DNA from: Octopus sinensis
Lineage: Eukaryota
Direction: 5' to 3'
DNA: 64,000 bases
Assembly (NCBI RefSeq): GCF_006345805.1
Contig: NC_043013.1
Location: 57,722,001 to 57,786,000 of the forward strand
The notes below the pieces were generated by a model. The model did no database searches. It was not told the origin of the DNA and worked only from the letters and a program-made list of their open reading frames with translations. Each line of letters opens with the position of its first letter. Position 1 is the first letter of the stretch. Shown here piece after piece: positions 36,634 through 48,530 of the stretch. The position numbers were made by a program, and so were the translations under genes.

Positions 36634-39590
36634 TCATGAAGGCTTTCTAGCAACTGCTATTTGGTGCATGAGAGAGTTCGATGCAGCTGCCCTCATCTGC
36701 CCCTCCTGCCGTGAAGTTGGTTCATCTGGGACACTGACAGGAAGAGATCCAGCTTCATTTTAAGACATCTGTATCCACCCCATGCAGGTCTCTCAGGTTC
36801 TTCGGGAGGATATTGAAGAGCTGTGGGCCTCGGAAGCCCAGTCTATCACAGAATCTTGTCCTACATCTTGATGGCAAGTTTGGAGTCCTAGGCACCACAC
36901 AGTGGCGCCCAGTTCTGGCATTTGCGTAACTCTCGATGCCAAAGTTCAGGACACTTCCCTCCAGGATCTTCCATATGTATATTATGGCATATCTTTCCCG
37001 CCTACGCTCCAGGGAATATAATTTTAATTTTCTGAGTCTTTCCCAGTAGCTTACATTCTGCATAGAGGCTATCTTCTTCGTGTAGTTACGTTGGATCGCC
37101 TCGAGCTCTGTGATCAACTTGACACTGGATGGTGACCATAACTGAGAGCAGTAGTCAAAGTGGCTTAGGACAAGTGTCCTCCAGAGGACCATCATGGTTT
37201 CTTGTTCTCTTGTTCTAAGGGTTCTGAGGATCCATCCGGCCAGTCGTCTACATTTCATTGCCAATTTAGCAACATCTACACGAAAGGTCGCGTCATCACT
37301 CATGTAAATACCTAGGTCACGCACTGATTGTGCCTCTGGGATTGCTATTCCTCCGGGTCCAGCGTATTCATTGGGTATTGCATTTAGTTTTGCATGCTGA
37401 TAGTATAGAGCTTGAAACTTTTCAGCATTGAACTGCATGCTATTCTTTTCGGCCCACTTGTATATTTTGTCTAGCTCACATTGCAGGTGTTTAGTGTCCT
37501 CAGGGTTTTGTATTGCCTGTGAAACTTTTGTATCATCTGCAGAACTTGTGATCGTGGCTCTCTGCGTGGCTGAGGGCATGTCTGAGAGGGCCATTATGAA
37601 CAGTAGTGGTCCCAAAACAGTGCCCTGCGGAACACCGCTCGCTATTTGCGTGTTAATGGAAGTGGCCCCATTGGCCACTACCACCTGACTTCTATCTTTC
37701 AGAAAGTCATGAAGCCATTCTCCCAGTTTTCCAACTATGTTGATATCACGCAGTTTGTGACATATCATTCCATGATCGACTTTATCAAAGGCCTTTGCAA
37801 AATCGAGATATATCACTTCCACATTTGAGTGGTTGAGCAGCCGTTTTTCAGCACCCAGTCATAGTGTGTGTAGGAGCTGAGTTAAACAGCTTCTCCCCGG
37901 TCGGAAACCATGTTGGGTGTCGGGCAGCAAGTCATTTTCTTCAAGGAAGGTGATCAGCTTCCTTCTGACTATTCGTTCCATGACCTTGCTGATGTGTAGG
38001 TCAGAGAGATAGGTCTATAGTTCTTGGCTTCCGCTCTGGTACCTCCTTTATGAATGGGGCATATTTTACCTTCCTTCAGTTTTCTTGGAAGTTTGCCAGC
38101 TGCAAGGAAGCTCTGAAAGAGGAACTGCAGTGGTCTTGCTAGGACTCTCTTACATGCTTTTAGGAGGATTGCCGGGAATCCATCGGGGCCAGTAGCTGAG
38201 TCTGTTTTCATTTCATCTATAGCCTTTATTATCGTCTTCCTTTATATCGATGTAATCTATCGTCGCCGCATCTGATTTTATATCTGCAGTGGTAAAAATG
38301 TCAGTTGGATTGGTGATTTGGAGATGCCAAGGGGTGGAGTGAAAACACTCTTGAATTGCTCATTCAGTATTTCACTTACCCTCATTGGTTTTCCTGTAAG
38401 TGTGCCATCCTTTTCCAGGAGTGGCCCTATTCTACAGTGCACCGTAGCTGTTTCTTTGGCATACCTGTAGAAAGCTCTGGGGTTAGATTTTATGTTGTCT
38501 ATAGCCCAGGCTTCTTTGTCTGCTCTTTCCTTTTCATGGGAGAGTTTCAGAATTTTTCGATTTCCAACAGTTTTATTTTTAGGCGGGACTTTTCACTGCT
38601 TTCAATCTGTTTGTTTAGGCGATTTGAAATTTTTGTACGCCGTCTCATTAGAATTTTCCTCTCTCTGGGGATTTTGTTCTTGTGTACAATGGCCTTTCTC
38701 TCTGGGACATATTTGTAGCATATGGCTTGCATTACAGACATGAATTGTTGAAGTTTCACGTCGATGTCTGGCTAGGAGAGACATTTAGGCCAGTTTTGTT
38801 TGAGGATCTCTTTCTCAATTTGTTTCCAGTTTGCCTTATGGTAGTTCAAGCTGGAAAGATTCTGGGGGTTTCTTGTAGGCTGCATGTCCGTGCTCTCTTT
38901 TGGCCCGTACATGGTCAGATCTATCATGTTGTGATCCGAGAGTAGTGTCGGTGTCACTTTCACATTATGGATGAGATCCATGTCATTTGTGAAGCAGAGA
39001 TCCAGTGTGTTACCTGCCCTGGTTGGTTGGAGTATTACCTGCTCCATGTACAGGGTGTTGATGAGGTTCAGGAGGGACCTCGCCTGTCCTCGTTCACATC
39101 TTGTCATTCCTGGGAGAGAAAGGCCCTCGGGCCATCTGACATTTGGCAGATTGATGTTTCCCATAAGAAGTACACTTATGTGTTGTTCTAATGTGGTTAG
39201 AACTTCTTCTATTTTTATAAGGCAGTCTTCAAACTTGCCCACATGGCTTGGGGCATCTGGAGGGCGATATGTAGCACACACAACTACATCAAGTTGCCTA
39301 ATATGTACAATTAGTGTGTCACACACCGAGTTTGAGTATGACAAGAGGACCTGGGGTGTGAGGTCCTCACGGATGTACATAGCAACACCTCCATGACTCC
39401 TTTCTTTCCTGTCGGTCCGTAGTACAGCATACTGTGGTATGTGTAACTCCGCATCTGCTATATCCGGTTTCAGGTGCGTTTCCGTTAGTGCTATGCATAC
39501 GGCTTGATTGCATGCAACAAAATCTCTCAGGAACGGGATTTTTGTCCTGTTACTGAGTGTTTGCAGTCCTCTGATGTTCAGTAGGAGCAT
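36634..39590 (-). pseudogene. LINE A ORF2 (APE and RT), multiply frameshifted
   Basis: LLNIRGL, LTETHL, HGGVAMYIR, LDLCFTN, SDHNMI; IYLDFAKAFDKVDH, SGVPQGTVLGPLLF, SADD (YADD mutated), SLERRRERY. Confidence 0.92.
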
Positions 39591-39601
39591 CGAGGTAAGG
39601 T

Positions 39602-41267
39602 TGTTTTATTATTACCCACTAGGGGCTACATAGATGGGACAATACAATCGGGAAAATGAATAATGAATTATGAAGTTTGTACAATGTGGTGTAATGCCCA
39701 CTCGATCCCCGAAATCGAGCGGTACATTTCGTCATTTGTTTTTTATCGTCAACAAATATTTCCAAATAAAATATTTTATACATTTTCAACATACATTTCA
39801 AAAGTTTTACAAAGTTCAACATTTCTTTTTTTTTTCAGAATTTAAAGTTCTTTTTATCATTTCCAAATTAAAGTTTTCACAATACTTTTCTTTTATATAT
39901 ACTCCATTATGTCTACCAAATCTGAGTAAACTTCCATCGTTCGAGGCCACCTTGTAAGTCGGCATTTCATATGTTTTGACACGTTCTTGCCAGCTGCCTC
40001 GATGAACGCCTCGGCGTCGTTCTCGTGGACGAGTGCACCTGTTTTTCCATTCGGTGCCCATCCTGACCCACGTATATCCGTTGTTACGTTTATTAAATCT
40101 TCCATCTCCTCACAGTGCCTGTGATGGATCAACGTTCCATAGTATTTGAATTTTCTATTCGTACCTACGTTTTCTCTAGTTTCCTCTTAGGACTTACTTC
40201 CTCTTTTTCTCCTCCCTCGGTTCTCTCTTTCTCTCTTTTTGCTTTCTCTTCTCTCTTTTTCCTTCTCTTGTCTTTTTGGCTCTTTGTCTGCCGTCTCTCT
40301 ACCTGTGCCTTAAGTTCCTTTCCTGTTGTTTCTTTTCCTTTTTGCATACCATATTTTCCTTTCTCTGGTTCTGTCCTTCTCTTGTTCTTTTCCTGCTTTT
40401 TCTCTTTCCTTAATGTACTTTCCTTTTCTTTCTCTTCTTCTGCCTTGGCTCCTTCTCCACTACTTCTGCACCCTGTGAATTTTGCTCCTTTTCTACTATC
40501 TTCTTCCCTTTGGTTTTCATTTTCCTTCAGTGCGCTGTTACTTCCTTTCTCTTGTTGTTTCTCCGTTATTTCCTTTTCCTTGTTTTCGCTGTTCTTTCCT
40601 TCGTGTTCGTTTTCCTTCTCTCCACTTTGTGTCTCTTTTGCTCCGCTGTGAATTCATACAGCGGACATTCCTTTTTTATGTGCCCTCTTGAACTGCACAG
40701 GTAGCAATTCGGTTTTCTGCCTTCCACTATTACACTAATTGTTTTCTCGTTTTCTATTTCTATTTGGAAGGGAAATCTTTCGATGTCTTCCATTGTGGCC
40801 ATCAGCCACAACTCTACTCCGAATCCCTTCCAATTTACAACGTTCGTCTCCTTAATTGACCCTATTTCTACTTCCTCTTTTGCTGCCCCAATAATGGCTG
40901 TTACCAGCATTTCTGTTTTAATATTTGGGGGCACCTTTGGACTCTTACCCGTACCCCTCGTCTTCCTTTATACGTCGGCCACATGGTGAAATTTTCCGCT
41001 TTCAGGACAGTGGAAGCCAATGAGGCCGCCACTTCCTTTGTTGCGCATCTCACCTCCACCGTACCATATTTCTTTCCTCTGTCTACAAAAGTCGCTTTTT
41101 TCATGATGTCCCCCAGACATTTCTCTATTTCTTCAATCGTCACTCTCACCAGTTTTCTCGTGTTTCTATCTTGCGTTCTATACGTTATCGTCTTGTTATT
41201 TTTCTCTTCTATTGTTTCCACAGGCGGGAGCAGCTTCACGCTGTCACCCTCCCTTTTGACGAACTTT
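39602..41267 (-). mobile_element. ORF1-only Tx1-derived (HAL1-like) retroelement, 5'-truncated, nested in LINE A
   Basis: 12-bp TSD TCGAGGTAAGGT at 39590-39601 and 41268-41279; frameshifted ORF1 homologous to 11174 (IEKCL, RGKKYGTVEVR, VEGRKPNCYLCSSRGHIKKEC); no ORF2 remnant seen; tail with AATAAA. Confidence 0.85.
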
Positions 41268-42164
41268 TCGAGGTAAGGTGTACGTTGTTGCCGGTGGTGT
41301 CCATCCTGGGTCTGTTTGCTGTGGTGGTGGTCTGGTATATAGTGGGTAGTCCCACCTGCGGGATTGGGTTTGATGAAGCCAGGTCAGCTGCTGTACAATA
41401 TTTTGTGCCATGCACAAAAAAGATTGTTGCTCAGCAGCTGCCCTTTCGACAACATCATGTTGGTGGTTTGTGGCACGCACAGCATCTGCGTACCTCCGCT
41501 TTGGGGCAAGTGGTGCGTGGTCCATCCCTTTTCCTTGTGTTGATGGTTTGTCCATCTGCCTCGTGTCTCTGTGGCAGGGTCCCCGATGTGCAAAGCGGCA
41601 GCCTGCACCTTCCTTTCCATAACAGCAGGAACCTCTCAGGTAGAACCTACACACCTGTGTGCGCTGTCCGTTTCCATCTTTTGCGGTTCCACCTCTATTC
41701 CTGATTTTTTCACCCTTTGGTCCTGCTTGAGCTTTTCCTTTAGCTCTACCAGCCCTTCTTTTAGTTCTTCCTCCTCCCTCTACGTCTTCACCGGGCTCTC
41801 CGTCTCCATGGCCTTTGCTGCCGGTTGGAGAACTTGCACCTGGGTTCACTTCCCGGGCAGGTTTCTCATTCAAAACCTCCTCCCGGGCATCCACCAGGTG
41901 GGGGTGACTTCTTTCATCGTCTCCATTCTTGTCATCTTTGCCCCGCTCGTTCTCAAAGATGGCATCAAGTGCGCCAATGTGCGACCGTACAAGCGCATAT
42001 GAGCGCACGAATTCCCGTCTCTTTCGCTCCATCTGAGCCGCTGTCCTCTTGTAGCCTCTGCTCTTCAGCGCAGCCGCAATCACCTCGCTAGGGCTATCTC
42101 CGCCGGCGCACTCCCATGCTTGTACGAATAAATCCAGCTCGTCAGGTCTCCATGCTCTGGACAT
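41244..42164 (-). CDS. LINE A ORF1: Myb/SANT-like N-terminal domain plus CCCH zinc finger
   Basis: 306-aa open frame; WRPDELDLFVQAW...IAAALKSRGYKRTAAQMERKRREFVRSY; CRFYLRGSCCYGKEGAGCRFAH. The last 7 residues come from the nested insert. Confidence 0.75.
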   Translation of the reverse strand: MSRAWRPDELDLFVQAWECAGGDSPSEVIAAALKSRGYKRTAAQMERKRREFVRSYALVRSHIGALDAIFENERGKDDKNGDDERSHPHLVDAREEVLNEKPAREVNPGASSPTGSKGHGDGEPGEDVEGGGRTKRRAGRAKGKAQAGPKGEKIRNRGGTAKDGNGQRTQVCRFYLRGSCCYGKEGAGCRFAHRGPCHRDTRQMDKPSTQGKGMDHAPLAPKRRYADAVRATNHQHDVVERAAAEQQSFLCMAQNIVQQLTWLHQTQSRRWDYPLYTRPPPQQTDPGWTPPATTYTLPRKVRQKGG

Positions 42165-42219
42165 GCTGGATGATCTGTCTATTTGTTTATCTATTAACTA
42201 TGTTCGAGAGAAGACAAGA

Positions 42220-43186
42220 AGATATTTAATCTTAAGGATAATTATGGGATAGAGTATTATTAATATTAACAATATTAAAGTTTTGTGGTAAAAACGTTAT
42301 TTAATCTTAGGCTAATTAGGAGATAGAGTATCTGAAAATATTTTTACAATATTACAATTATATTAATGTGTGGGTAATAATCGTTATTTAATCTTGGGGC
42401 TAATTAGAAGGTAGAGTATTCAAAAATATATTAAAGTGTGGGTGAAAAAGTTAAAGTGTGGGTAAAACGTTATTTAATCTTAGGCTAATTAGAGGATAGA
42501 GTATCTGAAAATATGTTAACAATATTACAATTATATTAAAGTGTGGGTAATAATCGTTATTTAATCTTGAGGCTAATTAGAAGGTAGAGCATCCAAAAAT
42601 ATATTAAGTGTGGGTGAAAAAGTTAAAGTTAAAGTGTGGGTAAAACGTTATTTAATCTTAAGGCTAATTAGAGGATAGAGTATCTGAAAATATATTAACA
42701 AATATTTAAAATGTGGGTAAAAAGGCTAATTAGAGAGATATTAGAGTGTGGGTAAAAAATTAAAAATTTAGATGTTAAAGTGTGGGTAATAAACGTTGTT
42801 TATTCTTAAGGCTAATTAGAAGATAGAGTATCTGAAAAATTATTAACAATAAACAGTATTAAACGTTATTTAATCTTAAGGCTAATTAGAAGATGGAGTA
42901 TCTGAAAAATTATTAACAATAATCAGTATTAAACGTTATTTAATCTTAAGGCTAATTAGAAGATGGAGTATCTGAAAAATTATTAACAATAAACAGTATT
43001 AAACGTTATTTAATCTTAAGGCTAATTAGAAGATGGAGTATCTGAAAAAGTATTAACAATAAACAGTATTAAACGTTATTTAATCTTAAGGCTAATTAGA
43101 AGATGGAGTATCTGAAAAATTATTAACAATAAACACTATTAAACGTTATTTAATCTTAAGGCTAATTAGAAGATGGAGTATCTGAA
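42220..43186. repeat. Tandem array upstream of LINE A ORF1; 70-bp units at 42791, 42861, 42931, 43001, 43071, 43141 plus diverged units
   Basis: Unit AAACGTTATTTAATCTTAAGGCTAATTAGAAGATGGAGTATCTGAAAAATTATTAACAATAAACAGTATT. Confidence 0.92.
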
Positions 43187-43535
43187 AGAGGTAAGAAAGA
43201 GGGGAAAGATTAGTTATCTATATAAAGTTCATGAAAGTTCACGTCCATGCATATATACGCATACATATATACATACACGTGCACACACATACACAACGGG
43301 AGAGAAGGAAGGTGGAAAAAAAGAAAGAAAATGAGTGAAAATATATTAACACATATATATATTTTAAAGTGTGAAGAAAGGGTTATTTAATTTTGAAGAC
43401 AAATTCTGCCTTCGAGACAGTTATTGAAATGTAAAACAAAAAAAAACAAACGAAAAAAAATAGCGATCGTAAACTTTAACGGAGATGTGGGCTTAAGTTA
43501 TATAAAGTAGGATAGAAAACAAAATATGAAATAGA

Positions 43536-43671
43536 ACGTGAAGTGATATATATATATATGTATATACATATATACATATATATATATATATATGTATATA
43601 CAATATATATATATATGTATATACATATATATATATATATATGTATATACATATATATATAATGTATATAC

Positions 43672-43718
<47 letters not shown>

Positions 43719-43830
43719 CATAATATATGTATATATATATATATAAAATATACATATAAATATTATATATATGTATATACATATAATGTATATACATATA
43801 AATATATATATATGTATATACATATATATA
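43536..43830. repeat. Degenerate (TA)n/(TATG) microsatellite
   Basis: Read directly. Confidence 0.95.
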
Positions 43831-43903
43831 TCCTTAAATCCTTTAAAATGTTTTAGCCCGAAGGCCGCGGCCATGCTGGGGCACCACCGCTGAATGAGCT
43901 ACA

Positions 43904-46900
43904 CTAGTTTGTGAATCCACCTCTGATACGTGGCACTTGATCAACAAGGGAGTTCGATGCTGCTGCCCGCATCCGTGTCTCCTGTCGTGAGGTAGGTTCA
44001 TCTGGGACTCCCAACAAGAAGAGATCCAGTTTAGTTTTAAAGAAACCCACATCCACACCATGTAAGTCTCTCAGGCATTTAGGGAAGATGTTAAAGAGCT
44101 GTGGTCCTCTGAAACCCAAGCTGTTGCAGTATCTGGACCTGTATTTTGATGGTGATGTTGGAATCCTTGGCACCACGCAGCGGCGCCCCGTTCTGCGGTT
44201 GGAGTAACTTCGAATGCCAAAGTTTGGGACAAGACCCTCCAGGATTTTCCAGATGTATATCACTGCATATCTCTCCCGCCTCCGCTCCAGGGAGAAGAGG
44301 TTTAATACCTTCAGTCTTTCCCAGTAGCTGACATTTTGCATTGAGACGATTTTCTTTGAGTAGCTTCTCTGAGTTGCTTCGAGTTCTGCTGTTTGTTTTA
44401 TATTGTGTGGTGACCAAAGTTGGGAGCAGTAGTCCAAGCGGCTGAGGACAAATGTTTTCCATAGGACCATCAGTGTCTCCTTCTCTCTTGTTCTGAAATT
44501 TTCGGAGAATCCATCCAGCTAGCCGTCTGCATTTTATCACCAGATTAGCAATATGCATTTGGAAAGATGCATCATTGCTCATGTCAATGCCCAGGTCACG
44601 CACTGATTTTGACTCAGGGATTGCAATTCTTCCTGGGCCAGTGTATCCAGTCTTCACGTCATTTACCTTTGTGTGCCAGTAGCGCGGGGCCTGGAACTTA
44701 CCTGCATTAAACTGCATGTTGTTGTCCTCAGCCCACCTGTATATTGTGTCCAGCTCATGTTGCAGATGCGCAATGTTTTCAGGGTTTTGTATTGCGTGGG
44801 AGACTTTTGTGTCATCTGCATAGCTAGCAAGGGTGGTCATCGTAGCAACTGAAGGCATGTCTGAAAGGGCCACTATGAACATCAGTTGCCCCAAGACAGT
44901 GCCCTGTGGGACACCGCTTGTTATTTGCGTTTCCCTGGAGGTGGCTCCATTGCTCACAACTGCCTGTTTTCTGTCTTTTAGGAAGTTGTGCAGCCACTCT
45001 CCAAGTTTCCCGCCTATGCCGAGACCACGCAGTTTGTGACAGATCATACCATGGTCGACTTTATCAAAGGCTTTTGCAAAGTCAAGATATATTACATCCA
45101 CATTTGAGCCATTTAGTAGCTGTTTCAACACCCAGTCATAGTGTTGCAGGAGCTGTGTTAGGCAGCCTCTACCTGGTCGAAATCCATGCTGGGTGTCAGG
45201 CAGTAAGTCATTTTCTTCAAGGAACACGATTAGTTTCTTACGGATTATTCGTTCCATGACTTTGATGATGTGTGAGGTCAGAGAGATAGGCCTATAATTT
45301 TTAGCATCTGCTCTGCAACCTCCCTTATGGATAGGGCATATTACCCCCTCTTTCAGTTTGACTGGGAGCTTACCACTTGCAAGAAAGCTCTGAAAAAGAA
45401 GCTGTAGCGGTTTTGCAAGGGCTCGTTTGCACGATTTGAGAAGGAACGCTGGGAATCTATCAGGTCCAGCAGCTGAGTTTGTGTCAATCTCATCAATGGC
45501 TAGTGTGATATCATCTTCTTCGATGTTGATGTACTTAATTTTTGTCTCTTTGGCCGCTGGTAAAGTGGCAAAGAATTCTTCTGGGTTGTTTACTTGCCTG
45601 TGTCCTAGAGGTGTAGTGAACACACTTTGGAACTGTTCGTTCAGTATTTCACTTATCCTCGTGGGATTTCCTGTGAGAGAGCCATCTTTTTGGAAGAGAG
45701 GTCCTATTCTTGGTGCACTGTGGCTGTCTCTTTGGCAAACTTAAAGAAAGCTTTAGGGTTTGATTTTATATTTTCTATTACCCAAGCTTCTTTATCTGCT
45801 CTCTCCTTTTCATGGGACCGATGTAGACTTTTCTCAGTTTCCATTAGCATTCTTTCGAGCCGAGACTTCTCACCACTTTTGGTGTGCTTGCTCAGGCGGT
45901 TTGCAATCCTTGTCCGTCGTCTCATAAGAATCCTCCTTTCTCTAGGGATCCTGTTTTTGTTCTTGTGTGTGCTGGCCCTGCACATTGGGACATATTTGTC
46001 ACATATGGCTTGTATTATGGACATGAAGTGTTTGTGTTTCATGTTTATGTCCGGTGTGGAGAGACATTCAGGCCAATCCTGTTTGAGGATCCCTTTCTCA
46101 ATCGACTTCCAGTTGGCTTTATGAAAGTTTAAGTTGGAGAGATGGTGGGTGCTTCGTATAGGCTGTGTGTCTGCGGGGGCTTTTGTTCCATACATAGACA
46201 GCTCTATTATGTTGTGATCCGAGATCATTGTCGGCATCACATTAACATTATGGATAATATCCATATTGTTTGTGAAGCAGAGATCCAGTATATTATCTGC
46301 CCTTGTTGGTTGCAGAACTATTTGCTCCATGAAAGAGGCATTTGTGAGATGGAGCAGGGACTCCACCTGTGCCTGCTGATGGTGTGTCATCCCTGGGAGC
46401 ATCTGCCCCCCCCAGGCCATTCCACATTGGGGAGGTTAAAGTCACCCATGAAGAATACACTGTTGTGCTGTTCAAGGTTGGTGAGGACTTCTCCTATTTT
46501 TGTTAGGCAGTCTTCAAACATGCCTGAGTGTTTTGGGGCATCTGGTGGGCGATATGTAGTGCATATGACGATATTCAGTTGTCTTATGTGTACAATTTGA
46601 GTTTCACATACTGAGTTTGAATATGACAGCAGGACCTGGGGTGTGAGGTCATCTCGGATGTACATTGCAACTCCACCATGGCTCCTCCCTTTTCTATCTG
46701 TGCGTATGACTGCATATTGCGGCATGTGTATTTCTGCATCACCTATATCTGGTTCAAGATGCGTTTCTGTGAGTGCCATGCATATAGCTTGATTGCATGT
46801 CACAAGGTCTCTCAGGAATGAAATTTTCTTTTTACAGTTTCCGCGCAGCAACCCTCCTACATTCAGTAGAAATATTTTTGTGGGTGTGTGTTGGTGTTGG

Positions 46901-47010
46901 GTGTCTGTGGTGGCCATCCTGCATCTGTTGGAGGTGGCCTTATGTGGTGGTAGTTCCAGCTTTGTGCTTGTAGCCAGGTCAGCTGCTGAACAATTTTTTG
47001 TGCCATGCAC
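43904..47010 (-). pseudogene. LINE B ORF2 (APE and RT), frameshifted
   Basis: LLNVGGL, LTETHLE, MGDFNLP, SDHNII, IYLDFAKAFDKVDH, SGVPQGTVLG, SYADD, SLERRRERY. Confidence 0.92.
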
Positions 47011-47559
47011 AAAAAAGACTGCTGTTCAGCTGCCGCCCTTCTCACATCTGGGTGAAGCTGGCCACCTGTTGGGTTTCCGCGCACCACATCTGCATACCGT
47101 CTTTCAGTAGTGGTCAGTGCGCTTTTTTCCCTTCTTTTAACTTTTTGTTTTTGTTTTTGTTTTTGTTCTCCTGAGGGAGGGACCTCTGTCTCGCGTCCGT
47201 GCGGTTTTGGTAGGGCCTCCGATGTGCAAAGCGACAGTTTGCACCTCCAACGCCGTACCAGCAGTCCCCCCTCAGGTAGAATTTGCAGGTGTTTCTTTCC
47301 CTGCCCTTACAGTTTTTGCTGGGGTCCCTCTGTTTCTCTGGACAGGGCTTCCTTTAGCCTTGATTCTGTCACCCTTTACCTCCTGCTTCCCATCAATTCC
47401 AGGGTGCCTTTCCTTTCTTGCGGCCATCGCACCTCTTTGGTCTTCAGTTGTGGTGTTGGAAGCTGGACATGTGTCATCGTTTCCCTGTGTTCCAGGCTTC
47501 TCCATTTGGCTCTGGATGCTTTCTCATCCTTTTGGCCCTCCCTGCTGCCGTCACCTCCC
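46863..47559 (-). pseudogene. LINE B ORF1 C-terminal part with CCCH zinc finger
   Basis: TCKFYLRGDCWYGVGGANCRFAH; RRYADVVR; RAAAEQQSFLCMAQKIVQQLTWL, shared with LINE A ORF1. Confidence 0.8.
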
Positions 47560-47659
47560 NNNNNNNNNNNNNNNNNNNNNNNNNNNNNNNNNNNNNNNNN
47601 NNNNNNNNNNNNNNNNNNNNNNNNNNNNNNNNNNNNNNNNNNNNNNNNNNNNNNNNNNN
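47560..47659. other. Assembly gap (100 N)
   Basis: Run of N. Confidence 1.
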
Positions 47660-48105
47660 CTACGATCGTAATTCGAATAACAATAATTTCAATTCAATTA
47701 AAATTCGAATTATGGTTATAGTCAATCTGCAGGTTAATGATAATATTTAAATAAATAATAAAATGTAAAACTACTACGATTGTAATTCGAATAACAATAA
47801 TTTCAATTCAATTAAAATTCGAATTATGGTTATAGTCAATCTGCAGGTTAATGATAATATTTAAATAAATAATAAAATGTAAAACTACTACGATTGTAAT
47901 TCGAATAACAATAATTTCAATTCAATTAAAATTCGAATTATGGTTATAGTCAATCTTCAGGTTAATGATAATATTTAAATAAATAATAAAATGTAAAACC
48001 ACTGCGATCGTAATTCGAATAACTATAGTTTCAATTCAATTAAAATTCGAATTATGTTTATAGTCATTCTTCAGGTTAATGATAATATTTAAATAAATAA
48101 TCAAA
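47660..48105. repeat. 114-bp tandem repeat, about 4 copies, carrying partial hammerhead motifs
   Basis: Units start at 47660, 47774, 47888 and 48002; a diverged fifth copy lies at about 48430-48620. Confidence 0.92.
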
Positions 48106-48430
48106 TATATTTAAACAATATTATTTAAGAAATAAATAAAATAATAATTTTTCCTTTAGAAAAAACTCTAATATCAAACTAGAATCTTTAACAATTATAA
48201 TTATGTCAAACAATCGATTATAAATCAAACAATGAATAACATAAACCAAAACATAAAAATAAACATAATTAATATAATAAACAAAATATATAAAATTTAA
48301 ATTTAAATTATTTATATTTATAAATTTTTATATTGTATAAATATTTTAAATTTGAATATGTAAATTAAAAACAAATTTTTATACAACTATCAAAAAGTAT
48401 TAAAAATTTTAATATAATATAATAAGTAAA

Positions 48431-48530
48431 ACAACTACGTACGTTTCGTGGCCATAACCTAATTCGAATTACAATAATTTAAATTCAATTAAAAATTCGA
48501 ATTATAGTTATAGTCAATCTTCATATTAAT
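48431..48530 (-). ncRNA. Degenerate type I hammerhead ribozyme with long stem II
   Basis: (C>A)TGAAGA, roughly 23-bp imperfect stem II, GAAA, palindromic stem III ACGTACGT, GTA triplet. Confidence 0.6.

Larger units (their letters stand above)
36543..43186 (-). mobile_element. CR1/L2-group LINE 'A', apparently full length, with a nested insertion
   Basis: Tandem-repeat 5' region, ORF1, APE-RT ORF2, double-hairpin 3' end and (AAATC)n tail. The 5' boundary is inferred. Confidence 0.85.
43831..47559 (-). mobile_element. CR1/L2-group LINE 'B' (diverged relative of A), 5' part lost in the assembly gap
   Basis: ORF1 C-terminal half, ORF2, double-hairpin 3' end, TTTAAAGGA-type tail. Confidence 0.9.

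Noticed and set aside
42220-43186. Regular array resembling a CRISPR
   Set aside because: Units are contiguous with no unique spacers, there are no cas genes, and the context is eukaryotic. The same applies to 47660-48105.
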